Assembly: GCA_023390815.1 (NCBI GenBank)
Contig: JAEWCC010000007.1
Span: 25,315 to 89,314 of the forward strand
Length of the DNA stretch: 64,000 bases
From: Bacillota bacterium
Lineage (GTDB): Bacteria; Bacillota; Clostridia; Christensenellales; SZUA-584
Direction: 5' to 3'
Part shown: piece after piece, positions 9,464-19,100 of the stretch
Layout: every line of letters starts with the position of its first letter
How positions within the stretch are numbered: position 1 is the first letter of the stretch
Program-made: the position numbers and the translations under genes
Notes under the pieces: generated by a model
Seen by the model: the letters and a program-made list of their open reading frames with translations, nothing else
Told to the model about the DNA's origin: nothing
Database searches by the model: none

Positions 9464-10963
9464 TCAATCTTGAGCCCATTTTAATGACCGCTCTACCGCA
9501 CGTTTCCAGCCATCATACAGCGTCTCCCTTTGGTCAACGCCCATCTTGGGCTCAAACACTTTCGCGACTTTCCATTGCTTCGCGATTTCTTCTTTGCTCT
9601 TCCAGAAACCTACGCCAAGCCCCGCAAGATAGGCAGCGCCCAGCCCTGCCATTTCGGTAATGACAGGCTTTTGGATGGGTATTCCCAGAATATCCGATTG
9701 AAACTGCATGAGAAAATCGCTGGCAGTTGCTCCCCCATCCACGCGGAGCGATTCCGCTTTCTGGGCTGAATCCGTCTGCATACATTCCAGTACGTCGCGT
9801 GTTTGGTAAGCAATTGCTTCGAGAGCGCTCCTTGCGATATGTTCATTTGTGGTGCCCCGCGTAATCCCCACAATCGTTCCTCTGGCATACATATCCCAAT
9901 AGGGCGCGCATAGTCCAGTGAATGCGGGTACCAGATATACACCCCCCGTATCCTTCACTCTTGCCGCAAGGTCATTCACTTCAGCCGCAGACTGAATGAT
10001 CTTAAGACCGTCTCTGAGCCACTGTATGGCAGCGCCGCCCATGAAAATGACACCTTCAAACGCGTATTCTGTTTTATCTCCAATGACCCATCCAAGATTC
10101 GTGGTCAATCCTGTTTTGCTCAGCTTTAATTCTTCGCCGATATTCATCATCAGCGCCAGCGCCGTTCCGTAAGTATTCTTTGCCATTCCGGGTTCAAAAC
10201 ACGTTTGTCCGAAGGTGGCTGCATGCTGGTCGCCCGCGTCACCCGCTATGGGTATTTCCTGCCCAAAGAAAACGTCCTTGCTTGTCATGGCCAATAAACC
10301 GCTGGACGGTTTTAATTCGGGAAGAATATGCGCAGGTATATTTAAGGCATCCATTATTTTCTGATCCCATTGACGCGTATGGATATTAAGAAGCAGTGTT
10401 CTCGATGCGTTTGAATAATCTTCGACGTGGGATGCGCCGCCGGACAGCTTATACATAATCCACGAATCGATATTACCGAAGCACACCTTTTTCTGTGCAA
10501 CCTTTTCCTTAACACCCGGTACATGATCAATAATCCATTTGATCTTCGTACCGGAAAAATACGCGTCGATTAATAAGCCAGTCTTTTCTCTTATATAGCC
10601 TTCATATCCTTGCGCTTTCAGCTCTTCGCAAATGCTTGCTGTTTGCCGCGACTGCCATACAATGGCGTTATATAATGGCTCACCCGTATCGCGATCCCAT
10701 AAAATTGTTGTTTCGCGCTGGCAAGTGATACCGATAGCGGCAACTTGGGATGCATGCGCGTTTCCTTTTTCAAACGCCTCTGCCATACCTTCCACCACAG
10801 TGCTCCAGTATTCGTTCGGGTCATGCTCCACCCATCCGGGCTTTGGATATATTTGCTTAATATCCCTATATGCATAAGAGTGAATCTGGCCCTCTTTGTT
10901 AAAGAGTATCACCCTTGTTCCCGTTGTTCCCTGATCGATGGCCATGATATAAAGTTTTTCCAT
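9464..10963 (-). CDS. glpK: Glycerol kinase family (FGGY) sugar kinase
   Basis: Start moved to the ATG at 10963 (MEKLYIMAIDQGTTGTRVILF...). KPGWVEHDPNEYW is the GlpK hallmark. 499 aa. Confidence 0.85.
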   Translation of the reverse strand: MEKLYIMAIDQGTTGTRVILFNKEGQIHSYAYRDIKQIYPKPGWVEHDPNEYWSTVVEGMAEAFEKGNAHASQVAAIGITCQRETTILWDRDTGEPLYNAIVWQSRQTASICEELKAQGYEGYIREKTGLLIDAYFSGTKIKWIIDHVPGVKEKVAQKKVCFGNIDSWIMYKLSGGASHVEDYSNASRTLLLNIHTRQWDQKIMDALNIPAHILPELKPSSGLLAMTSKDVFFGQEIPIAGDAGDQHAATFGQTCFEPGMAKNTYGTALALMMNIGEELKLSKTGLTTNLGWVIGDKTEYAFEGVIFMGGAAIQWLRDGLKIIQSAAEVNDLAARVKDTGGVYLVPAFTGLCAPYWDMYARGTIVGITRGTTNEHIARSALEAIAYQTRDVLECMQTDSAQKAESLRVDGGATASDFLMQFQSDILGIPIQKPVITEMAGLGAAYLAGLGVGFWKSKEEIAKQWKVAKVFEPKMGVDQRETLYDGWKRAVERSLKWAQD

Positions 10964-10994
10964 ACTATGTCCGCCTTTCTGTAGCATTAAAAAA

Positions 10995-11984
10995 CTAAAG
11001 TCCGAGTTCTTTGCACCGTTTGAGCACACTGGCCGCCGTTTTCTCATCCATATAAAGGGACGTCATATATCCGCCTCTTAAAGCGCCGATAATGGCATCG
11101 GCTTTCTCGGTTCCAACCGCAATACCGATCCTCAGTTTCTTCTTTTTAAGCCCGGTCAGCTCAATGCCGATCGTTCTTGCATTGTATTCGTTGTTAACAA
11201 GGTTTCCTTCAATATCAAAATACCGGGTACATATATCCCCAACGGCTCCGACGGTTCGCAGCACATCAACATCCTTCAGCGTGATGGAACCACGCTCTAT
11301 AAGCACAGAGTTCTCTGAGATTTGTCCGATGCTGAAAACGGCGATATTGGCCTCTGCAGCCAGTTCCAGCACCATTTTAATGCGTGTGTCACTTTTGATG
11401 GCTTTTGCAATGTCTTTACTATCAACAAGAGCAGGAGCCGCAATCATATAACCAACACCAGAGTAGACTTCTGTAAATTTCTGCAATATGCTTGCGGTCT
11501 TTGTGGAGAGTATGCTTGTTGCGATTGAGCCGTTGAGCTGGACCACCTTAACCCCTTTTTTGGGAGTTGCAGGCGGAACTAAAAGCTCAGCAAGCTGTTC
11601 AATGGTACGGCCCCATGATATGCTGATAATGTCGTTATCACACACATGCCGGTTAAGATCCTCAACCACCATCTTGCATGTATCCATCATGCAAATTGCC
11701 TTGTTGTCCACCATCAGCGGAGACACAAAAATGTGCTCAATGTCAAAGAATCTCTTGATAAGTTCTTCCTGCAAAGCCATAGACTTAACCGGATAAATTA
11801 CCTTATGCATGATATATCCAAGCTTCTCAGCCCTATCCAGAATACGTGAAACCGTTGACTTGGAGATATCTTCTTCTATCGATATCTGTTCCTGGGATAA
11901 ACCAACTTCATAATATTTTTTGGCAATCCGGATCATCGTGTTGATATCATTGATCGTTACATTTTCCATCACGTATGCTCCCAT
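10995..11984 (-). CDS. SorC/DeoR-type sugar-binding transcriptional regulator
   Basis: N-terminal HTH (LSQEQISIEEDISKSTVSRILDRAEKLGYI) plus a SorC sugar-binding body. First gene of the minus-strand operon. The true start may be the internal MENVT. Confidence 0.8.
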   Translation of the reverse strand: MGAYVMENVTINDINTMIRIAKKYYEVGLSQEQISIEEDISKSTVSRILDRAEKLGYIMHKVIYPVKSMALQEELIKRFFDIEHIFVSPLMVDNKAICMMDTCKMVVEDLNRHVCDNDIISISWGRTIEQLAELLVPPATPKKGVKVVQLNGSIATSILSTKTASILQKFTEVYSGVGYMIAAPALVDSKDIAKAIKSDTRIKMVLELAAEANIAVFSIGQISENSVLIERGSITLKDVDVLRTVGAVGDICTRYFDIEGNLVNNEYNARTIGIELTGLKKKKLRIGIAVGTEKADAIIGALRGGYMTSLYMDEKTAASVLKRCKELGL

Positions 11985-12328
11985 GCCTTTTTCGGCTGCA
12001 ATCCAAGTGATAATACATATCTATGTATCCAGATTGATACAAATTTCAATCAATGAATTTTTTCTCTGATTAATTATGGTTTCATTTTAGAATTTAATTG
12101 TGAATCCGTCTTTACGATTAGTTGTCCAGTTTAAGGTTTCTTGAATTAAATTTAATCCATTGAAACAAATTTAACTTAAAGACACACTGTTTTAATCCGG
12201 CAAACTGATGAGCATAATATGGCATAAATATTAACCATCATGTTTCATATCTCATTCAAAAACGACAATAGAGCGTCGTTTGTTTAGTCTCTTTGTTGTC
12301 GGAAAATCTGCAGCTCTGTTTACCGCAA

Positions 12329-12406
12329 AACAAAAAAGAGCTGACTGACACTCAAAATCAGTTAGCTCTTTTATATGGATCATATAATCAATGTTACCAA
12401 AACGTT
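12329..12406. repeat. Repeat R1, left copy (partner 30595..30670)
   Basis: From TGACAC onward, ~61 nt differ at only 3 positions from the copy 18.3 kb downstream (...AAAATCAGTTAGCTCTTTTATATGGATCATA(T/C)AATCAATGTT(A/G)CCAAAACGTT). Confidence 0.85.
12337..12373. terminator. Bidirectional-looking rho-independent terminator hairpin
   Basis: Stem AGAGCTGACTGA (12337-12348) pairs with TCAGTTAGCTCT (12358-12369), with 1 mismatch and a 9-nt loop. A-run upstream and T-run downstream. Confidence 0.6.
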
Positions 12407-12460
12407 GCTTTATCAGGCGGAAATTCGCAACTACCGACTATACTCCGCCTTCTCAAATTA

Positions 12461-12537
12461 TTCCCACTCGCTCTTTGAAAGCGTTTCTTAAACAATTCTG
12501 TTTATAGAATATGGCCCGTGGTATTTGTATTATATCA
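12461..12537. repeat. Repeat R2 short form, copy 1 (TTCCCACTCGC-headed element)
   Basis: TTCCCACTCGCTCTTTGAAAGCGTTTCTTAAACAATTCTGTTTATAGAATATGGCCCGTGG... aligns with 30736..30805. The head is shared with 20735 and 33437. Confidence 0.75.
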
Positions 12538-12809
12538 GTTATCAATATCTTTTGGGCTATCTAATTTTTTGTTGCCAGATTGTTGCCACTTCTATTATTA
12601 GCTAGTCCAATTTGTTATTAAGTTTGCACAAACGCTATGCCTTTGTTCAGTATCTCATGGAAACCATCATAAGGAATCTATTAAAGGGAAAAATCTTTTG
12701 TTCTCTTATATTCTACTCCTTGTTTCATCCGAGCTATTTATATATCTCCAGATTTCCATATAACTTAATTTCAAGAAATCTCGCACTTCCTGTATGTTTG
12801 CATCTGCCC

Positions 12810-12856
12810 AAAATAAAAGGGAATTGGAGGATATCCCAATCCTCTGAATATCCTCC
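12810..12856 (-). terminator. Putative terminator downstream of the glycosidase gene
   Basis: Perfect 9-bp inverted repeat GGAGGATAT (12826-12834) / ATATCCTCC (12848-12856). On the minus strand it is followed by AATTCCCTTTTATTTT. Confidence 0.5.
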
Positions 12857-12936
12857 GTATGTCCCTTCTGTATCCACAAAACTGCTTCAAAAACAGGTTT
12901 ATGGGCTCTGCAAGCCTTGCAGTCTGCGGGGTATGC

Positions 12937-13199
12937 CTAAGCGGTGTCTGTTTCTTCGGAGGCAGCGCCGCCGTTAACGGACTCTATGGCAGAAAACTCA
13001 CTGTACGTCTGCACAAAGCCGTGACTGAATACCTGATACGCCCGCACCTTATAATAATATGTTTGGCCTGCCTTGCATCCGACGTCCGTAAAACCATGGA
13101 ATGTGTGCTGCATACGCACGTATACGGCCCGTCTTCAGACGCCGCACGGTATACCTCATTCCCGGTAGCGCGCGGATTCAACAGCGGAAAACCCGCCAT
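12937..13199 (-). pseudogene. Decayed terminal FN3 module of the glycosidase gene (frameshifted)
   Basis: After the stop at 13156, two other frames continue the FN3 signature: LNPRATGNEVYRAASEDGPYT (ORF 12984..13199), then FTDVGCKAGQTYYYKVRAYQV...YSEFSAIES (ORF 12937..13119). Confidence 0.6.
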
Positions 13200-16100
13200 A
13201 TACTTGGATATAGCCGAAAGACCGATATGCGCATACCTTGTAGTAATACGTTACCCCGGCATCAGCGTCATAATCCATGGCGCTGGTATCACAGGTGCTG
13301 CCGATGAGCTTATATGGACCGTTCTCCCACGAAGAGCGCCATATTTCGTACCCGGTCGCACCCGGAACGCTGTCCCAGGTAATCGCGACGCTGCCATCCG
13401 TTACGGGTTCTGCCGTGATGGTCGGTGCGGACAGTTTGGGCGTCGTGGTCTTCACCTCCGAGAATCTCCTATATGCGGTCTCCTCATCAACAGTCTTGAA
13501 CGCGCATACCTTGTAGTAGTACATCTGTCCGGTCCAGAGCCCTGTGTCGGTAAAGCTCAGCGTACCGGGCTGCGCCGTGAACACCTTCACATAAGGAGCC
13601 AGACGGCTGCCCGCGCGGTACACCTCGTATCCGCTCGCGTCCGGGACTTCATTCCATGATACTTCCACACTGTCAAATCCGGCGCTGACCACTGTGATAT
13701 CAGGCGCCTGCACCATGGGCTTCACCATGATCTTGATCGAGCCCATGACGCCGCTGCCATCCTTCGCCGCGGCAGTAATGACCACCCTGCCTATCTTGTG
13801 CGCGGTCACCAGGCCTTGCTCGTCTACTGTGGCCACCTTCGTGTTGCTGGTCGACCAGTTTACGCCCGTCACCGTGGCGTGCTCCGGCGACAACACAGCA
13901 GTAAGCTGCTCCGTATCACCTGGCTGAACGATTGTCTCACCCGTCACGGTGATGCCGGTTACCAGTACGACTTCCTCGGGCGGCGTCTCGGTCTGTGCCC
14001 AGGTGTCAGTCTCGCCGTCGTAGGTGAACTCGCAGTCCGCCGCAAGATGCACGCCTTCATACGTGGCCAACTCCTGCGACAGGCCGATGACATTTTCTTT
14101 CCCCGGCCTGAAGTCCGCGGAGGAGGTCTTCGCCACAAACACGCTCAGGATGTTGTTGACGACGTCGTAATTCATCCTCACCGAATCCGGGTCTTCAGCC
14201 AGCAGCTGCGTCACCGTTTTGCCGTTGATTGTGATGACGTCCTGATAATCCGCCTGCACGCTCTGTTCCACGGAACCTTCATCATTGCCCAGCACCGTTT
14301 CGCGCAGCCACATGTTCAGCCGGATATCCACATAGTACATATCCTCACTTTCGCGGATGCCTTCCCTATACTGCCCGCCCGCGGTGGTCTTGGTGATATT
14401 GGCCACAAGTGCCCTCGGGGTGAACGGCTGGGAAGCTTCCTGGATGTAGATGATGTCGGATGTCTTTGCCGCCGGCAGGCTCATCTCGAAGCCCTTGTTC
14501 ATCAGGTCCCGGCCTCTCGCGGTAAAGTAATCGTTACGGTCTTCGAACCAGATGCGATAAAGCGCGCCTGGCCTGAGGCCTTTGAGCTTGACTGTCTGCG
14601 AAACGGGCCCGCTGGACCGCCGGTACATGATGGCGTAACCATCGCTCTTATCCCGGCTTAAGTACTCCCAACCCATCCACTTCGACTCGCTTCGGCTGTA
14701 CTCTGTCAGCTTATAGAAGTCGTCATAAATATACGGCGCAATCTTCTCATGCTCTTCCACCGCGTCGCGCACAATGTCCCAGTCGATGGGTTTGTCGGAA
14801 TTGTAGTTTAATACCATCCACGGAACCATGGCGGTGCGCAGGTTGTACTTGTCAGAGAACGTCGTGTCGTTTGAGTCTGCCTTGGTGCCGAAATACGGCA
14901 TCCACGGAGCCATCTCCAACGCGTATCCCTGCTGTGCGGTGAGGTCGCCATAGTTGTAATCCGTTTTATGCACCGGCACCCCCCGGCGCATGGCCTCAAG
15001 GTCGTTGCGGTTCCCGCCCGAAGCGCACGAGTCGATGATGGCGTTCGGCAGGCGCTCCAATATGATATCCCAGAGCCGCAGGTGGCCTTGCACGTACAGG
15101 TTTTCCGTGATCCCTTCACGGTTTTCGCCCTGCGCGCTGTCGCCCGCCCGCCAGTTGCCTGCCGGTTGGATATTGAAGTCCTCGCGATAGAGCGATATAC
15201 CACCCTTCTCCATGATATCCGCGATGCGATTCGCAATCCAGTCTACCGCATCCGGGTCGCCAAGGTTCACGAGCGTTCCCGCCAGCAGCCAGTCTGGATG
15301 AATGGTGGAGCCGTCCGTCTTCAGGCTGCTAACCGGCATGCCCACGCGCTCAGGCTCGAACCAGAGCAGCGTCTTGACGCCCACTGACTCAGCATAATCG
15401 GATATCGCACTCATTCCGCTCGGGAAGCGGCTGGTATCTACCTTCCACGTTCCGGTCGCGGTCCAGCCCCAGGGCGGAAGTGACTGGTCGTCTACGTTAT
15501 AGTACCAGCCTGCGTCCATCCACCAGAAGTTGATTGGAATGCCGTTGTCCTCATAGCGCGAGATGGCCTCTACCTGGTTCGCGTCGGTCGCCAACGTCAT
15601 CTCGGCGTACTGCACAGAGGTACCGGCGGATATTACAGGTTCGAACAGATGCGGCTCCTCGCCCGGCTCGGCCACTTTATGCATATTGCAGTCGATGAAC
15701 CAGCGCCGCCAGAGGTTGCCTGCGCGGTCTTTATCGCGCCCGTCGTACATTACAAACGCCACAAGCGGCGTGCGCACTGTCTCGCCCGGCTTCAGATAGG
15801 ATTTGAACGCGCTCTGCCCTATAGTCACGTGCGTCTTGCCGCGGTCAGCCGTATTGTCAAACACCGCTTTCCAGTTGCCCGACCAGCCGATGCCGATGAG
15901 CACGCCTTTCTCGCCATATTCCATGTTGTAATACGAGAACGCGCCTTCCGTGCTGCGGCCCGATGTGGGCCCATACTCAAGGTGCCCCGCAATCCGCCGC
16001 TCGTCGGGCAGGAACTGCCGCGAGTCGCCGTAGCTGGTCAGCAGGTACGGGTCCGCGCCTTCGAACACGAGGTTCGCGCCACTCAGGTTACTCACCACAG

Positions 16101-19100
16101 GCGAGTTGCTATCTGTATTGTTGCTGATGTATATCGTCCAGTCGAAGGCCGCATAAGCGGGATAGTAGGCGCTCTTCAGCTCAAACTCCAGCCCTGAGAT
16201 ATGCGTCAGTTTGGTGACAGTCGTCTCAATGCCGTCCGCTGTAGTCGTCGTCTGGTCGTTCACATTAAAGTCCGCGCCGAAACCGCTATAGTCGGTTTCG
16301 CCGATGGTGAACGTCGCCGGGAAGGTGCTGAGATCGCTCAGGTAGCCTTCGTATTGCGTCTCCGCCCTTTGCTTCTCGGTCTGTGACGCCGTATTGTCAT
16401 AATTGGCTTCTCCCACCTCGCCGGTTACGGACGAGAAATAGGGTTCTGCCTGTTCGGTGAACATGAACTGCATCCCGAGCGCCGCGCCTTGGACTTCCCC
16501 GTCGACGTACGACACGGAGGTCGTGGACGGATACAGCCCGATCGTGCCCGGACCGTCCAGCACCAGCAGGTACTCGCCCGGATCCAACGTGCTGAAGAGC
16601 GGCACAAACGCCATATCCTCGCCGGGCATCATCTGCGCCTGCAGCATCGGAGCGCTTTGCAGCGTGCGCAGGTAGGTGTTCAGCCACTGGTATACCTTTA
16701 CGGTGACAGGCTCGGTCAGCTCGGCCTCGGTCAGCACAAGCGCGTTGAAGGGCTCTGTCGCCTCGAAGTGCATATTCGCGCCGCTGATGTTCACCACGGT
16801 TTTCTGCGTGTCAGGGTTGTATGCGTTGATCGGATTCCGGTAAAGCGCGTCGCGGCTGGCCGCCAGCACCGGCTCGCACCAATCCGCGGAGCACCACGCG
16901 TAATCGCCGTTCACATTGGTGACGCGTAGCGTGAGCGTCTCGCAGTCCGCCGGTATATCGGCTGTCAGGTAATACATTTCGCCGGTATACAGCGCCCCTG
17001 ACCTTGCGAGGATCTGTCCGTCCGCAAGGACGATGAACTCCACATGGCCGAGAGTGGTGGCTCTCCAATCGCACAGGCCCACGGCGGACTGGAAGTAGGT
17101 GAGGCCGCTCCCTTTAAGGTTCAGGTCGAGGTCCGCGTAGGACTGCTCCACCGGCGCGTTAAGTGGGTGTGTTTCGAAGCCGTTTTTCGTGATAACGGCA
17201 CCGCCGCCCACCGAGAGATAGTCGTTGAGGTAGCTGAACCCGCGCCGCAGGCTGTCCGGCGGGTTGAACGTCGTGCGGCCCCAGACCATGTCCGCCACGT
17301 TGACGACGTCGCCGCCGCGGTCGATCTCCACCTCGTAGCTGCTCATCGCCTCGCCGTTCACGATGGACTCCGCCTTGATCGTGACGGCTCCGCCCGGCAA
17401 GTTGTTCACCTGCGCCTGCCATTTGCCGTCCGTCACCGGGGCGGTAACGCCGGTGTACTCCCCGTTGGCATAAAGCTTAATGGCATCCGCGCGCGCAAAG
17501 CCCGAAAGCGTAGCCGTGTCGCTCACGTCGATAAGGTTGCCGCGCACCGCGTGGGAGGTGATGCGCACCATTCCCTCGCCCGCCGGGTAGTTGATCGCCG
17601 CATTGCCCCAGCTTCCGCCGTCGTAGCTGTAGCCGTCGCCGCCGTCCGTCTGGACGATCTTCAGCTCGCTTGCGCCGGTGATATCCACGTCAAAGTAATG
17701 GATGTCACCCCAGCGCATGATGGGCGACTGGGCTTTCTGTACGCCATCCACGTACACCTTGAACTGCGTCTGTCCCGGCCTGCCATTGCGGTCCCGGCCC
17801 ACATACGCGGTAAACGAGGTGCATCCGTAGCCGGAGATGTCATACACCACTTCCGCATCGTAGGAGGACCCCGGATGCGTCCGCACGCCCTTCTCATAGG
17901 AGACGATATCGCAGATGTTGATCATGCCATTACCTGTGGTATCGTCGTCGTACCAGGGCTGATAGCTGCCCTCTATCCGGTAGCTCTCCCAGGGCAGGTC
18001 GCTCAGATAGATCTTGCCCATATTCGTATCGTTAATCTCCGCTTCCTTGACGGCGATGTCGTCGAAATACACCGCGCCAGTTGCCTCCAGTTTCACCCTC
18101 ACCGAGGCGTTGGCCCCTGTCTTGAACACCTTTTTGAGGAGTATCCACTGGCCCGTGGGCGCATCCGCGACCAGCGAAACCGAGGCCGTCCCATTCAGCA
18201 CGGAAATGCTGGCGGTATCCGAAGCGTTCGTCTTGTACACCCAGCCGGACACCACATAGTCGCGGTATTTGCCGACCGCAGCCGCGTCAGACTGCACCGA
18301 GAGCGTATCCTCCGAAACAATTTGCAGGGAAACGCCACCTGAGTTCTTCTGTTCCGAAGTGATGACCGCACCCTTGGGGAGCGTCCAGCCGGCTGCCGAA
18401 TAGTTGAAGCTGTAATCCTCGATATCGCCGTTGGGCAGTATATTTTCGCCCGCTATGGACGACGCCGCCTTACGGAACGAGATATTGTCAAAGTATACTG
18501 AGTCCGTTACCGTCGCCGCGTTCGCGCGCGCTACGGCCCGTATTTTGACCGAGGTATGGCTGCCGCTGTTCCAAAGGCCCGAAACATATTCCCAATGGCC
18601 CGTAGGGTCGGACGCCTGGGAGATGTCCCATACCGTGCAGTTATAGCGCGTGCCGGTAACGCTGAATACCGTCTCGTCCCCGTCAAGCACCTCGATGTAC
18701 CCTGAAATGGTCCTGTTCCCGCCGGTGCGGTACAGGTATCCCGAAAGGAAGTAATCGGTATTGGGTTCCACCTCGATCGCCTCGCCGTCATTGGCGACAG
18801 CTACCGCGTCCCCGGAGGTGTTGTCGGCAAGATGCATATACAGCGACCCATCGCCGTACAGGCGGATGGCCTCAGAATACTCGGCCTTTCCGGCGTCGGG
18901 TATCTGCCAGCCAGATGTTTCAAAGGTGCCGTCCTGCAGCAGCTCGTCACCCACATCCACCTGCATGAACGATATATCATCCAACCAGACGTTGCCCACG
19001 GGCGCTTTGCCGCTGTTGGGGTTGTCCCAGTTGTTCTCCATCACCACGCGCAGGGATAGGGAGGTGCGACTGCCTGAGTTCCACAGGCCCGAGACATGTT

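Noticed and set aside
12293-13659. Plus-strand ORFs in the 12.3-13.7 kb region (61, 121 and 266 aa)
   Set aside because: They cross repeat or terminator sequences or lie antisense to FN3 modules. They have no RBS and low-complexity products.
13798-18342. Long plus-strand ORFs (287 aa at 13798, 182 aa at 15649, 146 aa at 16489, 432 aa at 17044 and others) antisense to the glycosidase gene
   Set aside because: These are Arg/His/Ala-rich low-complexity translations with no motifs and no RBS. Shadow ORFs like these are expected opposite a GC-rich gene whose own frame shows coherent domain architecture.
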